Origin: Calditrichaceae bacterium
GTDB lineage: Bacteria; Calditrichota; Calditrichia; Calditrichales; JBFXGD01
Length of the DNA: 10,477 nucleotides
Direction of reading: 5' to 3'
Assembly (NCBI GenBank): GCA_050178385.1
Contig: JBFXGD010000124.1
Location: 1-10,477, forward strand
In this document: one piece after another, positions 1 to 8,000 of the stretch
Layout: every line of letters starts with the position of its first letter
Numbering within the stretch: the stretch's first letter is position 1
Notes under the pieces: generated by a model
Told to the model about the DNA's origin: nothing
Database searches by the model: none
What the model saw: the letters and a program-made list of their open reading frames with translations, nothing else
Position numbers and translations under genes: made by a program

Positions 1-2
1 GG

Positions 3-3000
3 AATCATAGCAAAAAACCTTACCCGGATACTCAAACAATACCCGAATGGTTTGAAAAGCAGGTGAAAAACGCCCCGGAAAAACTGGCAGTCGTTTTTGA
101 AAATGAAAAACTGACCTATGATGAATTAAACCAAAAAGCCAATCAGGCGGCGCGCTTTCTGACAAAAAAGGGTGTCAGCGCGGAGACACTCGTCGGTATA
201 TGCATGGATAAATCTCCCCGCATGATCATCGCGATTCTGGGGATACTAAAAGCGGGCGGGGCTTATGTACCAATCGATCCCGGTTACCCGGCCGAACGAA
301 TCAACTATATGATTAAAGATTCAGGACTGACGATTCTGATTACCGATCAAACGCCCTTTCCGGGCACAGATATCAATAATTTGTCCATTATTGACCTTGA
401 AAAAGATATCGCTAAAATACCTGTCGACAATCCGGAATCAACGCTACTGCCTTTTAATCTGGCCTACATTATTTATACATCCGGTTCCACAGGTCAACCC
501 AAGGGCGTCCTGCTTCAGCATCAGGGATTATGCAATTTTGTTCAGGCTATGAGAAACAGACTGTCAATTGACGAAAATTCAAATATTCTGCAATTCTCAT
601 CCCTCAGTTTTGACGCGTCTGTCGCTGAAATATTTATCGCGTTGCTCTCCGGAGCCACACTTTTTCTTGCAAAGAAGGAAGTATTTTTATCACCTGAAAC
701 CCTTGATGAATTTGCGGAAAAGCACAAAATCACATTCGCGACACTTCCCCCTTCTCTGTTGTCATCAGTACCGTCTGATAAGTTGAGAACGCTCCGGACA
801 TTAGTTTCTGTCGGCGACAGCTGCTCCTGGGATCTCGCCAAACGTTGGTACACCGGTCATTCTTTTATAAATGGATATGGGCCTACTGAAGTTACGGTCG
901 GGAGCGCTCTTTTTGATGTGAATGATCTCGATGCTGACAGCAAAACCGTTCCCATCGGAAAACCTTTGGATAATACTATTCTTTACATCCTTGATCAAAG
1001 TATGAATCCCGCGCCGATCGGCAGTACGGGAGAAATTTTTCTGGGCGGACCGGGAATCGCCCGCGGTTATCAAAACCGGGCTGATCTGACTGCGGCAAAA
1101 TTCCTGCCTGATCCTTTTGATGGCAATCCCGGGGGCAGATTATATCGCACAGGTGATCTTGGAAGATTCCTTTCCGACGGCAATATCGAGTTTATGGGAC
1201 GGGTGGATTTTCAAGTTAAACTGCGCGGTTTTAGAGTTGAACTGGAAGAAATTGAATCCGCGCTGAAACAAATAGAATCAGTCAATGACGCCGCTGTGGT
1301 CATCAGAGATGATATAGAAGGTAATAAACGGATCGCGGCCTATATCGTACCTGAGAATCCGGATAAATTTTCAGTATCTGAGCTAAGGGAAAAATTAAAA
1401 ACCTGGCTTGCTGAGTTTATGATTCCTTCTGTTTTTGTTCAAATGGATAAATTTCCGCTCAATTCCAGCGGAAAAATCGATAGAAAAGTATTACCGGATC
1501 CTGAAAAATCCGATTTTATTGAATCCGGATCCTATGTTGCTCCGGCCAATCAGAATGAGGAAATTCTGGCGGGGATATTTGCCGACATTCTTGGACTTGA
1601 AAAAGTCGGCAGGACAAACAGTTTTTTTGAACTGGGCGGTCATTCACTGATGGCGACTCAGGCGGTATCTCGCATCCGGGACGCTTTTAAAACGGAAATT
1701 CCCCTGCGAACCCTGTTTGAATATCCGGTCATTTCTGATTTGGCGGAGAAAATAACCGGCATAAGCCTGAAAAGCGGCACTAATAGTGCCCCGCCACTGG
1801 TACCCACGGAGCGGACCGCCGGAATTCCCCTTTCTTTTGCCCAGCAGCGATTGTGGTTTTTAGATCAGCTCGAACCAGGCAATATATTCTACAATATTCC
1901 TTCGACGTTGATACTAAAAGGAACACTGGATTTAGCCGCGCTCGAAAAAAGCGTTCAGACCATTATCTCGCGGCATGAATCATTACGGACTATCTTTAAA
2001 ACTATTGACGGCAAACCTGAGCAGATTATTCTGCCTAAAAACGACTTTAAACTTAAAATGGTTGATCTGTCATCAATCAACGAACCCGGAAAATCGAAAC
2101 AAGCCGGAGATCTTGCCACAAAGGAAGCAAAGAAACCATTCGACCTGACAAGCGGTCCGCTTTTCGGAATGCTCATAATCAAACTTTCGGATGAGAGCCA
2201 TCTGGCTGTATTCACGCTTCACCATATCATTGCCGACGGCTGGTCTGTCAGCCTGTTAATCGATGAAATTGCCGCCTGCTACGAAGCTTACACGTCAGGC
2301 CGTGAACCATCGCTTTCTGATTTACCTGTTCAGTATGCTGATTTTGCCACTTGGCAGCAGACCTGGCTAAAAGATGATGTTCTTGAACAACAAATCACCT
2401 ACTGGAAAAAGAAATTAAGCGGAAGTCCTCCATTATTGGAATTACCCGTTGACAGGCCAAGACCAGCTGTTCAGACATTTAATGGCGCCACAGAAACAAT
2501 TGAAATTTCTCCTGATTTGACAAAACAGCTCATCGAACTGAGCCGCCGTGAAAATTGTACCCTGTTTATGACATTGCTGGCAGCCTTTCAGACGCTTTTG
2601 CACCGCTACAGCCGTCAGAACACCATACTTGTTGGCTCACCGATTGCCAATCGTACACGGCCCGAAATTGAACGTTTAATCGGCTTTTTTGTAAACACGC
2701 TTGTTTTCAGAGCTGATTTTGATGATAATCCCGATTTTCCCGAATTAATGAGACAGATTCGTGAAACAGCATTAGGGGCATATTCGCATCAGGACCTGCC
2801 ATTTGAAAAGCTGGTTGAGGAGCTTCATCCATCCCGCGACATGAGCCATTCTCCCCTGTTTCAGGTCGCGTTTGTCATGCAAAATTTACCCGCATCTTCC
2901 ATTGAATTATCCGACCTGATTATTACGCCATATGAAACCGAAACCATTACATCAAAATATGACATTACCCTGACTATGATTGAAGGAGAGGACGGTCTGC

Positions 3001-5039
3001 TGGGGATCATGGAGTATAATACGGATTTATTCAACGCTGAAACGATTAAAAATATGCTGGATCATTTTAAAACCTTATTGTCCGGTATTTCAATGGATCC
3101 TTCCCAGCCGGTGGGATTGCTCCCGCTTTTAACCGGGAAGAAAATGCTGCAAATTACCGAAAAATGGAATCAGACTAAATCTGACTTTCCGACGGATATT
3201 TGCGCGCATGAATGGTTTGAATCTAATGCCGAAAAGCATCCGGATGCCCCCGCGGTTATCTTCCGGGCGGACAGCAGCTCAGGTTCGGAACAATTAACAT
3301 ACTCTGAATTAAATTCAAAGTCTAACAGGCTTGCGCGCTATCTCCAAAAACAGGACATCGGTTTAGAAAGACCGGTGGGAATCTGCATGGAACGCTCAAC
3401 CGATATGATCGTGGCTATTCTTGCCGTTTTAAAATCGGGCAACGCGTTTGTACCCATTGATCCCGCCTACCCTGCAGATCGAATCGCATATATGATCGAA
3501 GATTCCGGGCTCCCGGTGGTCATCGCGCAGGAAAGGACTCGCGGCATGCTTCCTGCTGAAACAAAATCCATCGTTATTGACTTGGAATTATCAAAAATAA
3601 ATGCTGAAAGTGACGAAAATCCTGATGCAGCCGTAGATGCGGAGAATCTCGCGTATATCATCTACACATCAGGATCAACCGGCCGGCCAAAAGGCACAAT
3701 GCTCAGACACAGCGGTTTATGCAATCTCGCCATCACTCAAATCAGAGAATTCGGCATCGGCAAAGACAGCAAGATCATGCAATTCTCATCTCTTAGTTTT
3801 GACGCGTCTGTCTGGGAATTCACCATGGCATTACTGAGCGGCGCGGCTATCTGTCTTACTTCCCGGGAGACAATACTGGACGGCAATGAATTAATCAAGT
3901 TGCTGCGCGTTGAGCAAATCACAACCATCACACTCCCGCCGTCCGTCCTGGCGGTACTGCCGGAAACCACCCTACCCGACCTAAATGTCATCATTACCGC
4001 TGGTGAATCCGTTTCCGGTGAGCTGATTGAACGGTGGAGCAGAGGCCGCAAATTTTTTAACGCTTACGGGCCGACTGAGACCACGGTATGCGCCTCAATG
4101 CATTCTTGTTCGGGAAAATATCCCCTGGGACCTCCCATCGGAATACCCATTTCCAACTTCCGGCTCTATATCCTGGATGAATATAAACAACCGGTTCCGG
4201 TGGGCGTACCCGGTGAATTGTGTATTGCTGGCGCCGGTCTTGCCAGGGGTTATTTGAACCACCCCGGACAGACTGCCGAAAAATTCATCCCAAATCCGTT
4301 CCCGGAAAAACCTGGAGACCGGATGTATTGCAGCGGTGATCTCGCGAGATACCTGCCTGACGGCAATATTGAATTTATGGGAAGGATTGATCAGCAGGTC
4401 AAAATACGAGGCTTTAGAATTGAATTGGGTGAAATTGAATATGTGCTAAAACTCCATGAAAATATCAGCGATGTGGTTGTTGTCGCAAGAGAAGATGTAC
4501 CCGGGAATAAAATGCTGGCCGCCTATTTCGCGGGCAAAGAAGACACGAATTTGGAAATACCGGAAATCATGGCCTATTTACGCGCACGGTTGCCGGATTA
4601 CATGATTCCATCGGCGATGATCATGTTGGATAAACTGCCACTTACTCCTAACGGCAAAATTAACCGCAAGGCCCTTCCTGCCCCGGCCGGCATCCGTGAT
4701 CATCTCGAAAGCGAATACATGGCCCCGCGGAATGAAACCGAATCAATGGTGGTGGAAATTGCCGGTCAACTGCTAAACAGGGAAAAAGTGGGCGTTAATG
4801 ACAATTTTTTTGATCTTGGCGGTCATTCGCTGCTCGCGACACAGTTCCTGTCGCGTTTAAGAGAGCGTTTTAAGGTTGAATTACCGTTAAGGGTTCTGTT
4901 TGAGCAACCTACTGCCGCCGGGATCGCGGAAGCTATCAGAAAAGCGCTGGAAACACAGGGTGAACATAAACAGGAGACTCCGGTCATTAAACGGGTTTCA
5001 AGAACTGCTGTTAAAATGAAAAAATCGGATCTTGCCTAG
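3..5039 (+). CDS. Multimodular NRPS, 5'-partial (>=1678 aa), visible domains A-T-C-A-T; ends in a T domain plus a short basic tail, no thioesterase
   Basis: The frame is open from base 3, upstream of the GTG at 63, and reads NHSKKPYPDTQTIPEWFEKQV, a typical C-A linker, so the real start lies outside the window. It contains two full A-domain motif sets (YTSGSTGxPKG, FDASV, NxYGPTE, QVKxRGFRxEL, GKIxRK), two GGHSL carrier motifs (Ser codons 1644 and 4827) and one HHIIADG (2220-2240). Stop is TAG at 5037-5039. Confidence 0.97.
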   Translation, partial: NHSKKPYPDTQTIPEWFEKQVKNAPEKLAVVFENEKLTYDELNQKANQAARFLTKKGVSAETLVGICMDKSPRMIIAILGILKAGGAYVPIDPGYPAERINYMIKDSGLTILITDQTPFPGTDINNLSIIDLEKDIAKIPVDNPESTLLPFNLAYIIYTSGSTGQPKGVLLQHQGLCNFVQAMRNRLSIDENSNILQFSSLSFDASVAEIFIALLSGATLFLAKKEVFLSPETLDEFAEKHKITFATLPPSLLSSVPSDKLRTLRTLVSVGDSCSWDLAKRWYTGHSFINGYGPTEVTVGSALFDVNDLDADSKTVPIGKPLDNTILYILDQSMNPAPIGSTGEIFLGGPGIARGYQNRADLTAAKFLPDPFDGNPGGRLYRTGDLGRFLSDGNIEFMGRVDFQVKLRGFRVELEEIESALKQIESVNDAAVVIRDDIEGNKRIAAYIVPENPDKFSVSELREKLKTWLAEFMIPSVFVQMDKFPLNSSGKIDRKVLPDPEKSDFIESGSYVAPANQNEEILAGIFADILGLEKVGRTNSFFELGGHSLMATQAVSRIRDAFKTEIPLRTLFEYPVISDLAEKITGISLKSGTNSAPPLVPTERTAGIPLSFAQQRLWFLDQLEPGNIFYNIPSTLILKGTLDLAALEKSVQTIISRHESLRTIFKTIDGKPEQIILPKNDFKLKMVDLSSINEPGKSKQAGDLATKEAKKPFDLTSGPLFGMLIIKLSDESHLAVFTLHHIIADGWSVSLLIDEIAACYEAYTSGREPSLSDLPVQYADFATWQQTWLKDDVLEQQITYWKKKLSGSPPLLELPVDRPRPAVQTFNGATETIEISPDLTKQLIELSRRENCTLFMTLLAAFQTLLHRYSRQNTILVGSPIANRTRPEIERLIGFFVNTLVFRADFDDNPDFPELMRQIRETALGAYSHQDLPFEKLVEELHPSRDMSHSPLFQVAFVMQNLPASSIELSDLIITPYETETITSKYDITLTMIEGEDGLLGIMEYNTDLFNAETIKNMLDHFKTLLSGISMDPSQPVGLLPLLTGKKMLQITEKWNQTKSDFPTDICAHEWFESNAEKHPDAPAVIFRADSSSGSEQLTYSELNSKSNRLARYLQKQDIGLERPVGICMERSTDMIVAILAVLKSGNAFVPIDPAYPADRIAYMIEDSGLPVVIAQERTRGMLPAETKSIVIDLELSKINAESDENPDAAVDAENLAYIIYTSGSTGRPKGTMLRHSGLCNLAITQIREFGIGKDSKIMQFSSLSFDASVWEFTMALLSGAAICLTSRETILDGNELIKLLRVEQITTITLPPSVLAVLPETTLPDLNVIITAGESVSGELIERWSRGRKFFNAYGPTETTVCASMHSCSGKYPLGPPIGIPISNFRLYILDEYKQPVPVGVPGELCIAGAGLARGYLNHPGQTAEKFIPNPFPEKPGDRMYCSGDLARYLPDGNIEFMGRIDQQVKIRGFRIELGEIEYVLKLHENISDVVVVAREDVPGNKMLAAYFAGKEDTNLEIPEIMAYLRARLPDYMIPSAMIMLDKLPLTPNGKINRKALPAPAGIRDHLESEYMAPRNETESMVVEIAGQLLNREKVGVNDNFFDLGGHSLLATQFLSRLRERFKVELPLRVLFEQPTAAGIAEAIRKALETQGEHKQETPVIKRVSRTAVKMKKSDLA
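45..1500 (+). other. Adenylation domain A1 (gene 1); code DAATVVGVGK, substrate uncertain (aromatic/hydrophobic clade); boundaries approximate
   Basis: LTYDELNQKAN (111), LAYIIYTSGSTGQPKG (459-506), FDASVAE (609-629), TFATLPPS, TLVSVGD, INGYGPTEVTVG (867-902), YRTGDL, SSGKIDRK (1464 on). Confidence 0.93.
589..623 (+). repeat. 35-nt near-identical direct repeat, copy 1 (partner 3778-3812)
   Basis: tgcaattctcatccctcagttttgacgcgtctgtc versus tgcaattctcatctcttagttttgacgcgtctgtc: 33/35 identical, offset 3189 nt (one module). Confidence 0.8.
1533..1760 (+). other. Thiolation (PCP) domain T1; boundaries approximate
   Basis: FFELGGHSLMATQ with the phosphopantetheine Ser at 1644-1646, followed by LRTLFEYPVI. 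Confidence 0.93.
1827..3170 (+). other. Condensation domain, LCL-like (gene 1); boundaries approximate
   Basis: PLSFAQQRLWFLDQLEPG, RHESLRT, HHIIADGWS (2220), QYADFATWQ, ELPVDRPRPAVQTF, IGFFVNTLV, HQDLPFEKLV, then the WN linker at 3165. Confidence 0.92.
3200..4685 (+). other. Adenylation domain A2 (gene 1); code DAWTIAAVCK, predicted Phe; boundaries approximate
   Basis: FDASVWE, ITTITLPPS, VIITAGE, FNAYGPTETTVC and NGK give 9 of 10 pocket residues identical to GrsA-PheA (DAWTIAAICK). Confidence 0.9.
3778..3812 (+). repeat. 35-nt near-identical direct repeat, copy 2 (partner 589-623)
   Basis: Same QFSSLSFDASV coding stretch, including an 18-nt exact match (agttttgacgcgtctgtc). Confidence 0.8.
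4716..4950 (+). other. Thiolation (PCP) domain T2, last domain of gene 1; boundaries approximate
   Basis: NFFDLGGHSLLATQ (Ser 4827-4829) and LRVLFEQPT. Confidence 0.93.
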
Positions 5040-5085
5040 CATCCGGATAAATATTATACGCGTGCATGGTGAGTTTTGAATAAAA

Positions 5086-5091
5086 AAGGGA
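5086..5091 (+). promoter_or_regulatory. Probable Shine-Dalgarno site for the second NRPS gene
   Basis: Purine-rich AAGGGA preceded by an A-run, ending 8 nt before ATG 5100. Confidence 0.65.
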
Positions 5092-5099
5092 TTTCTTAG

Positions 5100-8000
5100 A
5101 TGGATGAAACGATTCTTCAAAAACCAGAAGTATTGACGGCCGGACAAGCGGACATGAACGGTGATGAAGTATATGTATTCCCCGCTTCATTCGGACAGCA
5201 GCGGCTCTGGTTCCTGGATCAGTTCGAACCCGGAAGTCCTTATTACAACATACCGATGGCTTTCAGGCTTAAGGGAAGTGTCGATCTTAAAATCCTTAAA
5301 AAAGTCATCGATGTGATTGTACTTCGTCATGAATCCCTTCGGACAACTTTTACGGCGGTTGACGGACAACCGATGCAGGTTATTTCACCCCGCATGGCTA
5401 TTTCCATGCCCGTTATTGATCTGGATAAGACTGATAATGATGAACATGAAAATCGAATCCTAAGCCTCGCCACAGAAGAAGCGAGACGGCCGTTTAATCT
5501 CGAAAAAGGGCCGCTCATCAGAATTACCGTGATTAAAAAATCTGATCTGGAAATTATAGTTTTATTAACCCTCCATCATATTATTTCAGACGGATGGTCA
5601 ATGGGTATTCTGGTCAGTGAAATTACAACTCTGTACGAGGCCTTCTCCGGGAAGAAACCTTCACCTCTGCCCGAGCTGCCTATTCAGTACGCCGATTACG
5701 CAAGCTGGCAGAAGGAATATATGCAGGGTGACCTGCTTCAAAGACAGCTGGATTATTGGAAAAAACACCTGGGAAGCAATCCCCCGGTGCTTGAAATGCC
5801 GACCGATCGGTCAAGGCCTCCTGTTATAACCAATGAAGGCTCATCCGCGTCAATCACCATATCAAGTAACACTTTAGAAAAGATACATCGTCTCAACCGC
5901 CGTGAAGGCGCGACGATGTTCATGACGCTCTTGTCCGCTTTCAATGCCCTTCTCTACCGCTATTCTGGACAAACCGATATTTGTGTCGGTACACCCATCG
6001 CCAACCGCACACGCGGCGAAGTTGAAGGTGTGATCGGATTATTCATAAATACGCTTGTGTTAAGAACAAATTTTGACGATCTGCCAACCTTTCGCGAATT
6101 CATCGGAAGAACAAAAGCAAGCACTCTTGACGCCTATGAGAATCAGGATTTGCCGTTTGAGTACCTTGTGGACGCGCTTCAACCGGAACGCGATATGCGG
6201 ATATCACCGCTTTTTCAGGTGATGTTCATCCTACAGAATACGCCAGTTTCGCTTCAACCCGTGGGTGAACTCACGTTGGAGATGCTCAGTGTCGATATGG
6301 GCACATCGACATTTGATCTTACTTTCAGTATCGCGGAGAGTGAAGCCGGTCTGAATGTGGCGGCGGAATTTAATACAGATATATATGATAAATCGACTAT
6401 TGAACGCATGCTCACCCATTACAGGAATTTATTGATCGCCGTTTCAGACAAACCCGATATATCGATTGCAAATATACCAATACTGGAGAGCGGCGAAAAA
6501 AACAGGATTTTGGTTGAATGGAACGCGACTGAAACAGAACATGAACAATTCACCGGTATTCACCAGATATTTGAAAGACGCGTAAAGGAATCCCCGGATT
6601 CTACGGCCGTGGTGTTCAGGGATAAATCGATCAGCTATGACGAATTGAACAAGAAAGCAAACCGTCTTGCTCATTATTTAAAGAAAAAACATATTGGCCC
6701 CGACACGCCGGTAGCGATACTCATGGAGCGTTCCTGTGAACTATTGATCGCCATGTTCGGTGTCCTGAAGGCCGGAGCCGCCTATCTTCCTCTTGACCCG
6801 GCTTATCCCGGCGATCGCCTGGAATACATGCTTGATGACGCGAATGTACCCTTGCTCATTTGTGACGATCATCTAAAGAACATTCTCCCTGATTACCGCG
6901 GAGAAATTTTTGTACCTGAAGCGGCTGAAAATATTTTAGCGGATGAACCGGTCAGCAATCCGGAATATAATGCGGGTCCGGAGAATTTGGTTTATCTTAT
7001 CTATACTTCCGGATCTACCGGAAAATCAAAAGGCGTCATGGTTTCACACGCTAATCTGATAAACGCCTATCTTGCCTGGGAGAATGCCTATGAACTCCGG
7101 AACCGCGTCCGGAATCATCTCCAAATGGCGAGTTTTTCATTTGACGTGTTTGCCGGCGACTGGACACGCGCTTTATGTTCAGGTGGTAAACTGGTGCTGA
7201 CGCCACGAGAAATATTACTTGAAGCACCGATACTTTATGATCTGATGATAAAAGAAAACATAGACACCGCGGAATTCGTTCCGGCGGTACTGAGAAATCT
7301 GGTCGATTTTCTTGAAGAACATGATAAAGATCTGAATTTTTTAAGAAATCTGATCGCCGGATCGGATATCTGGTATGTGGAAGAATACCGGCGATTTAAC
7401 CGCGTCGCTGGCCCCGAAACACGGTTGATAAATTCATTCGGACTGACAGAGGCGACCATCGACAGCTCGTACTTTGAAACAAAGGAGCTGGATCTTCCCG
7501 GTGACCGGCTGGTGCCGATCGGAAGACCCTTTGCCAATATGACGCTTTATATTTTTGACAACCATTTTGAACCTGTTCCGGTAGGTGTTCGCGGTGAAAT
7601 ATTTGTAGGCGGAAAAGGTGTTGTCCGGGGATATCTGAACCGGCCTGATCTGACAGCGGATCGATTTATGCCTCATCCCTATGGCATGCCCGGCGAACGA
7701 ATTTATCGAACCGGTGATGTGGGACGTTATCTGCCGGACGGAAACATAGAATTTCTTGGCCGAAGCGATAATCAGGTCAAAATTCGTGGATTCCGGGTGG
7801 AATTAGGCGAAATCGAAACCGCTCTGCAGGATCATGAATCGGTTAAAACCGCGGCGGTAAGCCTGCGGGAGGATAAGAACGGTGATAAACGGTTGATTGC
7901 CTATTATGTGGCTGTCTCAGATGACACCATCTCATCTGCGGCGTTAAAAGAATTTCTTGCCGACCGGCTTCCCGACTATATGATTCCGGCCGCCTATATC

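Noticed and set aside
63..65. GTG at 63 as the true start of a stand-alone initiation module
   Set aside because: The frame is open from base 3 and encodes a typical (W)N...YP...IPEWFEKQV C-A linker, so the gene begins upstream of the window.
1230..1475. A1 being inactive because of ELEEIE (for ELGEIE) and NSSGK (for TPNGK)
   Set aside because: The catalytic Lys, P-loop, TGD Asp and hinge are intact, and such variants occur in active A domains.
5040..5099. Terminator, promoter or operator in the spacer (short palindromes atccggat, aatatt, acgcgt)
   Set aside because: There is no GC-rich stem with a U-tract and no convincing -35/-10 pair. Palindromes of 6-8 nt are expected by chance.
5037..5102. 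Stop-codon readthrough or a pseudogenised single giant NRPS, since both genes are in the same frame
   Set aside because: There are three in-frame stops (TAG 5037, TGA 5070, TAG 5097), a non-coding-like spacer and a separate Shine-Dalgarno site, consistent with two genuine genes.
5154..5156. Alternative ATG start for gene 2 (Met19)
   Set aside because: Its Shine-Dalgarno context is weaker than that of ATG 5100. It cannot be excluded, but is less likely.
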